Position numbers and translations under genes: made by a program. A DNA stretch of 56,648 nucleotides, taken from contig CAUYUJ010000079.1 of assembly GCA_963575745.1 (NCBI GenBank), positions 62,001 through 118,648 on the forward strand, given 5' to 3'. Source of the DNA: Prorocentrum cordatum. Its lineage: Eukaryota. The notes under the pieces were generated by a model. The model was not told the origin of the DNA and did not search any database. It worked only from the letters and a program-made list of their open reading frames with translations. How positions within the stretch are numbered: the first letter of the stretch is position 1; every line of letters begins with the position of its first letter. This document shows positions 12,001 through 21,055 of this stretch, piece after piece.

Positions 12001-12530
12001 CAGGCGGCGGCGGTGGCGGCGGCAAGGGTACCGCAGCCGGCGGTGGCTTGGGCGGCATCCCCGGCGGTGGCGTCTGAGGCGGTCGCGGTGTCAGCTTGGC
12101 GGCTCCGGGCGTGCTCGCCTCGGACCGGTACTTGGGAGTCGGCTCTAGCCGTGCCCGCTTGGCATCGGACTCGCCCTTGCCAGGACGGCTCGGGCCTGCC
12201 GAGGACGACGCGGCTGAAGAGAAAGTAACTCCCGGCTGCTTTGGGCACGTGCCCGTCTTCTCATACTCAACCGCTTGCTGGACCATCTTCATGTAGTCAA
12301 CAGGAACAAGGCCATCCTCATGACAAATGCGTAAGTAGAACTGGAGCTCGCGACCTTCGTAGTCCTTCATCATTTTCCTGAACTCCTCCTCGTCGTAGTC
12401 CTGCCCCTTGCGCGTCTGCCAGATCACGCGGATGTAGCCTCTGATCAGCTTCCCAACCGCGACATCGCCGACCTCGTCGTGAACGCTGGTGCGGGAGCGC
12501 TTCTCCTCGCGCAGCGTGAGCTGTGCTTGG
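9053..12530 (-). CDS. pol: Element A polyprotein part 2: integrase (HHCC + DDE)
   Basis: RLHRQFGH..CESC; IGIDVL, VLDRG, GRTERHGGLWK. Ends in an in-frame TAG (9053-9055) where E of 'EWGKW' is expected. Confidence 0.9.
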
Positions 12531-15500
12531 TGAGAGCATCAGAGATACGAGCTGTCATCTTACCCACGGCGTACGCGGCCATGTCGACGGCACAGCTCTT
12601 CTTGTGGCGGCAATCTTCACAGTTGCCACCGCAAGTCCGCTGGTCCCACTCGTGATCGCACAGGTGACCCGACTTATATTCGATGCCATGATCTCGAAGG
12701 TATTGCTTCACCCCGTACGCTACTGCTACTGAACGGTGTCTATCCGAACGACATATCAAGATGATCGCGACGGATTCGGTGACCTTGCACTTCGCCAGCG
12801 CCTTGCCGATGCATTCAGCGATGTCTGGGAAGTGCTCGTTATCAGCTGCGGCCTTTAAGATACGAGGGTGAACTCCAATGTGCTCGGTGGACTGAGGATC
12901 GTTCAGCTCCCGAGTGTCAACAAATATGAGCCTATCGAAATCGCCATGCTCTGGGCGTGCGGCCATCAAGGCTTCGCAGAGAATTTGACCATCATGCCCA
13001 GCCGTAGACATCCCATAACTCTTGCCACGGTGCTTGTCGCGGAGGTACTCCGTCAACAGCTGGCTCCCCGAGGCATCAGGATGACTCTCGAAGTTCTCTA
13101 GGCCCATCGTGTAGACAGCGAAAGACTTGGCGCATGGTCCTGTGCTGGGAGCATCATCAGGCCTCTTGTCCTTGTGCAGACCCATGGCTGAGAATTTGCC
13201 GTGCTCGTCGTCGCTATGATCCAGAACGGTCTGACGCTGGGGGTCGGTATCGCCGATATCCTCCATGTTGCTCTGGGCCTGATATGATACGCGCAAAGGG
13301 CGAATAGACCCGGAAATCCGATCCGAATCGAACTGATCGAGACGAATGACAAGGAGACCTGAGCGGCTGCAGCGACACATCTCTATCTCGCCTTCCTGGT
13401 CCAGGATGGCGCGTCCGTCGGCGAGATCCTTGACGAGACCGAGGGAGACTTGTGCCGGTAGCGACAGCAAGAAAGGCACATGATCTGAATCCTTCAACTG
13501 ATGAGACTCGAAGCAACCGCTGACAGCACCGCACGTACCCACAATGCGATAGGGAAAACACTTCTTGCCCGTCGTGGAACTGCCAGCCTGACCACCAATG
13601 CCACTGTACGATTTCCGCTCCCTGTGGACCCATTGTGGAAAGAACCCTAGCTTCTCGCACTTGTCCTCTGCATTGAGGGCCCAAGCTTTTCCATGACAAC
13701 AAGAATTGCAACCTTCGTCCAGGGTAGCCCATACACCATCATCCTTGAAGACGTCCACCAAACGAAGCTTTGATATCGCCGACGTGTTGGTCGTTACTGA
13801 AGGTGCTGGTGTTGGTGCCATGAGCGCGATGAGCTCATTATCTGCTGCCTCTTGCACACAGTCGTGTAATAATGAAACCATCTCACTTGTGCTGATATCA
13901 CCTGTGTCCTGACATATCGACATAGCGCGCCTCGTGAACATCTTCATTACAACCTTCAGCTCCTCAGGTGATACACGGCGGTCGCCCTCGATGACCTTCT
14001 CCATCGCCTCCGCCTGGAGGTTAGAAGAGAGTTTGACCTTCCCCGCCGTGCTCTTCTTGTCCTCAGCGAGCGCACGGGGCTGTTCATCGATGTACGTCAA
14101 GCACTTGCAGCAGAACGTGCGATGAATGTCGGCAGTGCTACCCCGGTGGCCCACGAGATCGCGAGGGCACTCATCCGGCTGATGTAGTGCCTCGTATCTC
14201 TCCTTCTTGGTCTTGTGACCGCAGTCCCTGCAGGTGCGGACGATAAAGCGCGCCGATGAACCAGACCCCGAGAAGCTGGTGCAACCACGAGCACAGGGGT
14301 GAGGCAGCGGCGGATCCGGCGGCTTCCTGCTCGAAGTCCCGCTGGAGCTAGCCGAGGGCATGGCGCTCCCCTCGGTGCGGCGGCCGATGCTACCATCCTC
14401 CTTCTGGACAAAATACTCATCGAACCAAACCAAGAAGTTCTTCAGCTCCAAACTCGGCTTCTTCACACCGCGGCTCCACGATACATATTGTGGGGTCATC
14501 TTCAGCACTCGGCCATAGGAAAGCCCACGATGCTGGCCTGTAGCGAACACCGTATCGTGCCCTGGACCAGGGGCCAAATCTGGCGTCTCGCACTCCTCAT
14601 CCGATACAGAAGCCATCGACAAATTCTCTGGCCCGTCGGAGGCGTCGGTCGCCCTCGAGGCGGCGCTCGGGGCAGCAGCCCTCGAGGCCGAGGGTCTGCC
14701 TGGCGCGGCCTTGCTAGGCGCGCGCAGGGCCATGAACCCGAAGTGCTCCTCGCCAGCCTCCGCTGAGGTCTGGGGGCTCTCCAGAGTCGCGGCCGCGCGC
14801 CCGCGCTCGGGGCTGGTTTGGGCCAAAGCAGCAGCGGCCCCCATGCAACCCCTGCACGTGTGCTCCTCTTCATGACCAGACAGCAAGCAACAATGACCAT
14901 CACAATCCTTTCCCTCACAAGAACATGCCCTGCGACACTTCGAGGAGTGAGGGGAGAAGGAAGAGCGAAAGGAAACCTTGCCCGAGTGCGACATATTGCT
15001 ACTATAAGTATGATGATGGATGGTGGATGATAAGGCAATGGTTCCTGTAGGCGCGAACTGATGATCGTCGCCTTCCTCGCGTAACTGAAGCTCTCGCTCT
15101 CCAGTGAACGCTACAAAGCCCGTCCTGGGTTTGCCCTTGCACTCAGGGTCCCCGGACCAGTGGCCAATCTCATGGCAGGTCTTGCACTTGGAACGTTTCT
15201 TGATCTCCTGGAGTCGCTTTTTACGATCTTCCAGGGTCGGTGCTCCCTTGCCACCGCCCTTGGGCGGCAGTGTAGTTATCCAAGTTGTTGAGTTGTTGTG
15301 ACCTTTGCCTTTGCTTTTACCTTTACGACCTTCCTTGGTGTCTAGGTTGGCGACCAGGCTCTCTTGGATTACTTCGGAAGCTTCGTCCTCCGTGTAGCCC
15401 GCCTTGACCATCTCGTCAAACACGTCTCCATCGAGCTCGCTCTCCTCCTGCACGGGTGACCAGAGAGCGTACGATTCCTCGTCGCCCCAAGTTTGGTCCT

Positions 15501-16416
15501 CCGTCTGCCCGTCTGCCATCCAGGCTATGTCGGTCCAGGTCGTGTCGCCCCAGCCGTACTCTGGAGTGTAGCCAGACGCGTAGTATCCATAGGGACTAAG
15601 CTCCTCTGGATAGTGCTCCTCCTGCTCGTACCAACCTTCGTCGGTGGCGTGGAAGGCCTGGGGCGGCCTGCTGTACCGGGTCTTACCCTTGCCCTTGCTC
15701 CTGCTAGGGTAGCCGGGCCGATGCTGTGTCCACGACGATGGGTTGGAGCCCTTACTCGACGGGTCTCCACCTTTGGCCTTTTGGCGGATGTGGATACGGC
15801 CGTGCTGGAGGATCAAGACATCCTTGATATTGTCAAAGGTGGTCATGTTACCTGTGGATGTCAGCACCATCAGGTTTTCCGAGGGTGAAAGCCCTGCATG
15901 GTCCAAGAGGGGGGATCCAAGCGTGTCGTCACTCAGCACAAGCTTCGGGTCCAACTTGGTGACGAGTTTCCACCAACGCTTCCTGCGGGAGATGTATGAT
16001 ACCATCGATTCACCGTTCTGCCTGGACAGAGGGCCGTAGGGCCTCTGACCTACCTGGAACAGGATCTTGGCTTCCTGAGCCTCTATAGGGAAGAGTGAAG
16101 CACGAATCGCCGTTATCAGCTGGTCGATTCCTTTGGGAGTCAGAAGCGCGTCCTTACCGATATCCATGGCCATATCGAACGCGTCGCCTCTGAGGCCTTC
16201 TACAACTTTGTTGACGGCTGCGGTGACAACATGTGCCTGGGGTTCTCCTGTCTCTGCATCTACAGCAGACAAAGCAGCACTCATACGCATCTTTGTGCGG
16301 AACTCCCAGTCGTGAAAATTGTTCACGGTGCCATCATAGATGTAGGAGCCACCCTTCGTCTCCGACTGAGTCAACGCGTCGGCGTTCGACCGATAGCGAA
16401 GGGAAGACAGCGCCAT
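12445..16416 (-). CDS. gag: Element A polyprotein part 1: Gag, zinc knuckle, accessory Zn/FGKHKG-like modules, aspartic protease-like domain, RapZ-C-like domain
   Basis: Gag motifs YDG..F.DWEFR and ESMVSYISRR; knuckle CKTCHEIGHWSGDPEC (15139-15186); protease-like LDEGCN..YSGIGG..PFLLS; CRSDRHRSVAVA. Frameshifts near 12530 into the next ORF. Confidence 0.8.
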   Translation of the reverse strand: MALSSLRYRSNADALTQSETKGGSYIYDGTVNNFHDWEFRTKMRMSAALSAVDAETGEPQAHVVTAAVNKVVEGLRGDAFDMAMDIGKDALLTPKGIDQLITAIRASLFPIEAQEAKILFQVGQRPYGPLSRQNGESMVSYISRRKRWWKLVTKLDPKLVLSDDTLGSPLLDHAGLSPSENLMVLTSTGNMTTFDNIKDVLILQHGRIHIRQKAKGGDPSSKGSNPSSWTQHRPGYPSRSKGKGKTRYSRPPQAFHATDEGWYEQEEHYPEELSPYGYYASGYTPEYGWGDTTWTDIAWMADGQTEDQTWGDEESYALWSPVQEESELDGDVFDEMVKAGYTEDEASEVIQESLVANLDTKEGRKGKSKGKGHNNSTTWITTLPPKGGGKGAPTLEDRKKRLQEIKKRSKCKTCHEIGHWSGDPECKGKPRTGFVAFTGERELQLREEGDDHQFAPTGTIALSSTIHHHTYSSNMSHSGKVSFRSSFSPHSSKCRRACSCEGKDCDGHCCLLSGHEEEHTCRGCMGAAAALAQTSPERGRAAATLESPQTSAEAGEEHFGFMALRAPSKAAPGRPSASRAAAPSAASRATDASDGPENLSMASVSDEECETPDLAPGPGHDTVFATGQHRGLSYGRVLKMTPQYVSWSRGVKKPSLELKNFLVWFDEYFVQKEDGSIGRRTEGSAMPSASSSGTSSRKPPDPPLPHPCARGCTSFSGSGSSARFIVRTCRDCGHKTKKERYEALHQPDECPRDLVGHRGSTADIHRTFCCKCLTYIDEQPRALAEDKKSTAGKVKLSSNLQAEAMEKVIEGDRRVSPEELKVVMKMFTRRAMSICQDTGDISTSEMVSLLHDCVQEAADNELIALMAPTPAPSVTTNTSAISKLRLVDVFKDDGVWATLDEGCNSCCHGKAWALNAEDKCEKLGFFPQWVHRERKSYSGIGGQAGSSTTGKKCFPYRIVGTCGAVSGCFESHQLKDSDHVPFLLSLPAQVSLGLVKDLADGRAILDQEGEIEMCRCSRSGLLVIRLDQFDSDRISGSIRPLRVSYQAQSNMEDIGDTDPQRQTVLDHSDDEHGKFSAMGLHKDKRPDDAPSTGPCAKSFAVYTMGLENFESHPDASGSQLLTEYLRDKHRGKSYGMSTAGHDGQILCEALMAARPEHGDFDRLIFVDTRELNDPQSTEHIGVHPRILKAAADNEHFPDIAECIGKALAKCKVTESVAIILICRSDRHRSVAVAYGVKQYLRDHGIEYKSGHLCDHEWDQRTCGGNCEDCRHKKSCAVDMAAYAVGKMTARISDALTKHSSRCARRSAPAPAFTTRSAMSRLGS

Positions 16417-16535
16417 GGCGGCAAGGAAGCAATCCCCTCGTAAGGGTGGATGCCCAGTGCAAAGAAAAGGTGAGGAGCTCTCCTCGCGAGAGGACGAGCC
16501 CTGCGCAGTGGTACGATACCGAAGATCGTGTAGCA

Positions 16536-16547
16536 GCTCCGCTGCCA
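16536..16547 (-). promoter_or_regulatory. Primer-binding site (initiator tRNA-Met-like) of element A
   Basis: TGGCAGCGGAGC, 1 nt after the 5' LTR. It differs by one base from the element B PBS TGGTAGCGGAGC. Confidence 0.7.
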
Positions 16548-16548
16548 G

Positions 16549-16650
16549 TGTGATTGATGATACGTTTTCAAGCCAAGGCAAAAGGGGCCGCTAAGAGCCA
16601 AGCGGCGGCGAGTGGCGTACGAGCGCGTCATACACACACTATATATCACA
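16549..16650 (-). repeat. 5' LTR of copia element A
   Basis: Direct repeat of 7134-7235, followed on the minus strand by the PBS. Confidence 0.95.
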
Positions 16651-18245
16651 AGATGTATGCAGATGTAGACATGTACGTACATGTGTGTATGTAACGTATG
16701 TTTGTACTTGTATGTATGTACATCTGTATATGTAAATGTATATATACATATATATCTATCTATATATATATATATATATATATATATCTGCATGTGGCCC
16801 AAGGGGGCCCGAACACATCCAGATTCACCGCCTGCCGAGGTCCCCGAAGATTGATCCCTCAGAGGGTCGTTCTGTATCAGCTCCTGCCTCGAAGGATCAA
16901 CGCTCACGCTCCTGGGGGCGTCAGCCGACCGCCTCTCCGCTCCTGGCTGGGCAGACCCCGGGCCGAGGACCGGCGTGCCGCGGTCCAGGAGAGGCGGGCC
17001 CGTGCGAGGCTCCAGCGCAGGCCAGGATGGGCTGCAGATTCCGCTTTACACCACCATATTTGCCAGCCTTCGGAGGCCACTGGGGCCCTCCGGGAACCCG
17101 GGACAAGGGTGCCCGGCCGCGAGGGACGCGAAGCGTGCGGAATGGACAAAACTAATACTGCCACGGATGTTACGCATCCGAGAATCCGGGCAAAAGGAAT
17201 CTGGGTGAGCCTTCCTGGGGGCCTCTGTGGACCTCCGCAGTCGCATCGTGAACGTGATTTCGGCTGGCAGTCGGCAGATTTCGCCCACCCCTCTTCATCA
17301 TGTCGTCCAGATTTCGTCAACATGTCGTCAAAAAGTCTACCGATTCCGACGACATCTGGACGAACTCCCCCAAATCGCGAGGAATTTTGGGACCTTCCGA
17401 GGCTCCCATCAAGGACCACACAGTCTTTCCGAAAGATGAAGCCAGCGCCGCCTGATTTAGCAACAAAGCGCGCCGATTTTTGCATGGAAGCGGGACCCGT
17501 CGCTGTTGTTCGCGTTTCCTCGATGGGTTGAAGGACCAGGAGGTTTGCAGGTGCCGGAGACAGACAGCCCCCTGGAATGCCCCTCCTTAGAGGAACAACG
17601 AGCGGCAGTAAACATAGACTTTCGAAGACACGCTCGGATTTTTCAAACGGCGCTGCCAACTGGACGGAGCCCTGTGGTTTCTCGGGGGCCTCGACAGGCC
17701 TCCGAGGGATCCTGCAACGGCTGGTCGTTCCGGGACAGCCCGGGGCTGGCCCCAGGGCCCAATAACGCGGTGAACACGACCATAAGCGGCCTCACGCTGA
17801 GTTAGAGGACGCAGACAGAGGACATCTGGGAGCGGCTTGAGATGGCGGCAACGACTCTCGTGGTTCGTGCACGGGCGGAGCGGCCCGATGACGGCGGAGC
17901 GCATGCGTGGAGGATTCTCCCTGATCGAGCTGCGCGGCGAGCGGTCTGGTGCGCGCAAGTGCGCATGGCACTTGTCATGATCTTGCCATCGCTCGGACGT
18001 CCGTTCCCCGTGCTTTGTTCGGCTTCGTGCGTCTGTTTCTCGCAAGATGATCCATGTTGCCCCTCGAGGGTCCTCGCCGAGAGAAAAAACACACACACGT
18101 CCCAACGATGCCAAGTGATTGCCCCTTGGGTCCTCTAAGGGCTGGGCGCCTGCTGGGGTCGCCCTCTGGCCTGCCCCTCCCCCTGGAGCAAGAGCGCTTG
18201 TAGGAACGACATGCCAAACCCTCGGGCACCTGCTACTACGAGAAG

Positions 18246-18392
18246 CACACCTTGCCTCTGGTCAGGACCATGAGCTCCAAGAAACAACATGAATTCATCA
18301 CCATCTGGGGGAACGCAATGGTGCCACACCCTGCCTCTGGTCAGGACCACGAGCTCCAAGAAACAAAATGCCTCATCACCATCTGGGGGAAC
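18246..18392 (+). repeat. Tandem duplication of a ~80-bp unit
   Basis: CACACC(T/C)TGCCTCTGGTCAGGACCA..CATCACCATCTGGGGGAAC occurs twice. Confidence 0.8.
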
Positions 18393-18535
18393 CTGGAAAC
18401 ACCGACACCGCTGCTGCCCAGGACTCTCCCCGGGTGGTGCGTTGTGGCCAGAACGGCGAGGCGAATCCGGCCGCGGCGACGACTCCCGGGAGGCCGGAGA
18501 GGCGCAAACGAGGCAAGGGCAGCGGTACCGTTACC

Positions 18536-18706
18536 TGGTGGCCTCCTAGATGGGGTCCGAGCAGTTGGGGTCGGAGGATCACGCCGCATCGGCGACGCTG
18601 GCGTGAAGAACATCGGGCTCCACATCGAGCCGCATCGCCGATGCATCGGCGATGCGGCGCGATCCCCCGACCCAACCTACTCGGACTCCATGTAGGAGGC
18701 CTACCA
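18536..18706. mobile_element. Palindromic MITE-like element with ~55-bp imperfect arms
   Basis: GGCCTCCTAGATGGGGTCCGAG..GGGTCGGAGGATCACGCCGCATCG pairs with CGATGCGGCGCGATCCCCCGACCC..CTCGGACTCCATGTAGGAGGCC. Confidence 0.65.
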
Positions 18707-18899
18707 ATCGGTCGGAAGAAATAGGTAGAACCATGAAGTAGGAAGGCGTTGGAAGTAGATTGGGTTTCCGCCCGTGTCCCGTAGAGGAGGGAAGAGGAAA
18801 CGCCACGCGACCCTTGAAGCAGGAATGCGGCTAGAAAGTAGATTGGGCACTGGGAGCCCACAACATGCCCACTTTCAACGACCGAGGGGTCGAGTGACT

Positions 18900-19035
18900 A
18901 CCTCCTCCTCCTTCTCCTCCTCGTCCTCGTCCTCCTCCTCCTCGTCCTCCTCCTCCTCCTCCTCCTCCTCCTGCTCCTCCTCCTCCTCCTCCTCCTCCTC
19001 CTCCTCCTCCTCCTCCTCCTCCTCCTCCTCCTTCT
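18900..19035. repeat. (CTC)n microsatellite
   Basis: Seen directly. Confidence 0.95.
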
Positions 19036-19235
19036 TCTGCTCCGACCACCACCGTCGCCGCCGTCGCCGCCTCCGCGCTGCCAATCCTGCGAGGGCCCCG
19101 CCCAGGCCTCCGCCCTCTGCTCCGGGGTGCAGCCGTCCAGGCACCCCTCGCACAGCCGCGGAGGCCTGCTGTGGGAGGCGGGGCGGGCGGGGGGGGGGTC
19201 GACCGGCGCACGCAGCCGCCGCCTGAGGGCGCCAG

Positions 19236-19294
<59 letters not shown>

Positions 19295-20742
19295 CCTCGC
19301 GTTTTGGACACAATTGCGACGAACGTTTTGTCACGATGTGCGGCCTCTGGGGGCCCTCGCTGGGCCCTGGGACCGTCAGAGAACGACTCGGAAAGAAAAA
19401 CCGTTCCCGGAGAAGAGGTCCAGGCCTCTGGGGGTCGGGGACCGTGCGGTAAGGGCTCTGGGGACCGTGCGGTGACCTCGGAGCCCTGAGATCCTGGCGC
19501 TGCATGCCTTTTTCACGCCGGGCGTTTTCGCGGGGTTTCGGGCCTCAGCTGCGATTTGCGGCGATGTCGCATGTCTGTTCGCAACGTCGAATCTCAAGGG
19601 GCCGTGCGGTGATCTTGGAATGCCCGAAAACCTATCTCACCGCACGGTCCGTCACCGCATGGCTTTGGGACCCTGGAGGCCCGAGCCGCTCGAGGCATCT
19701 TCGGAGAAATACTCCCGGTCCCAAAACCGTGCGGTCACCCCGAATGTCCAATGGCTCTCCACACGGTGTGGTCACCGTACGGCTTGAGGATCCCCGATTC
19801 CAAGCCAGTGGGCCCCCCCAGCTGGGCCGCAACCTGGACGCGCCCCCCGGGCAATCCGAAGTACCAGCTGCAGCCAGCGCGGAGCTGGTCCCGATATCCC
19901 AGAGGTTGGCAAGCCCCAAGGCCCCAAGGCGATGCCAGTCTTGAGGCGCCCTCAGAAACTAAGCAAGCCCTTAAGAGATCCGCAAGGTGATGCCGACCAT
20001 GCGGAGCGGGCGATGTTTCAGGCTGCCAGCGTTCGCTCGGGCATGTCCTCCGAAGAAAAGCCCGAAAAGCTGCCAAAGCAGATGTGCTAGCATAGTCGAA
20101 CGATCATCGAAACATCGCCCCCAGACTGTTTGCCGACTACTCTTGCATATAGGGAGCCCACACAGGACGTACGCGCCCAGCTCTGTACATGAACACGGCC
20201 CCTTGACCCGCGAGACCGGCCGCGTGATACGAACATCCGCGCCATGCGAACCCTCGAAGCCAGCGTGGATTCATGTACGCCTACGTCCTTCTCTCGCTCC
20301 TGAGCATACTCCTCCCGTGGAGGGACGCGCCCGACGGGCGGCCTGCGCCGCGCCAGCCCGCCCTCCCCGGCGGCGCCCCCGTGGGGGGCCGCCGCCCGGC
20401 ACGGGGGCCGGGGCTGTGGTCCGCGCGGGGCGCAGGCCACGGGGGCCCCGGGGAGCCACGGCGAGGGCCTCGTGCTGTCAGGCCGGGCGCATCCCTCTGC
20501 AGGAGGAGAAGCCAGGAGCAGTGAGAGAACAGTCCGGGGGCGATCGCTCGGTTCTTTTTGGATCTCGTCGAACGCGTTTTGTGGGCTGACTCTCGTTTGT
20601 CTTCCAGCATCCGCCTGTAGGAGGACATGTGCGACCTAGCTCTTCTGCCGTGGGGGGGGGGTGCGGGGATTGGGGCTGTGCCCATGGGGGGGGGGGGCGT
20701 TTGGCTCCTGCAAGCTGCGGCGAGGGGGGGAAATGGGAAGGA

Positions 20743-20870
20743 GGCCTTCTCAGAAAGAGCGGAACTTCTCAGAAACCCTCGCGCCTTCTGAGAAAGTTTG
20801 CCCGTGTCTTCGGGAGGGTTCTGAAAACTCCTCAGAAGGCCGGGGGACTTCTGAGCCTTCTGCCGAGGCC
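20743..20870 (+). mobile_element. ~130-bp MITE-like repeat, copy 1 (GGCCTTCT...AGGCC)
   Basis: Aligns end to end with the reverse complement of 30853-30980. Confidence 0.7.
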
Positions 20871-20871
20871 G

Positions 20872-21055
20872 CGCTAACGGCGATGTTGCTTAACGGTGGT
20901 GTTGGGAACTAAATGGTAGGAAATCACGATCTACACTTTCCTACATCTCCAACGTGCGAACGTATCGAACGAAAACGGCACAGCGAATTGTAGGAAGGCG
21001 CGAGAGACGCGTTCCCACGAAACCTACACCGCCGTTGCCTACATCGCCGTTAGCG
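20872..21055. mobile_element. 184-bp MITE-like element with 15-bp perfect TIRs
   Basis: CGCTAACGGCGATGT (20872-20886) and ACATCGCCGTTAGCG (21041-21055), extending imperfectly to ~30 bp. Confidence 0.7.

Larger units (their letters stand above)
7134..16650 (-). mobile_element. Full-length Ty1/copia LTR retrotransposon (element A), about 9.5 kb
   Basis: Two 102-bp TG..CA LTRs. Near-TSD AGATC (7129-7133) vs AGATG (16651-16655). PBS present. Domain order gag-PR-INT-RT-RH. Confidence 0.95.
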
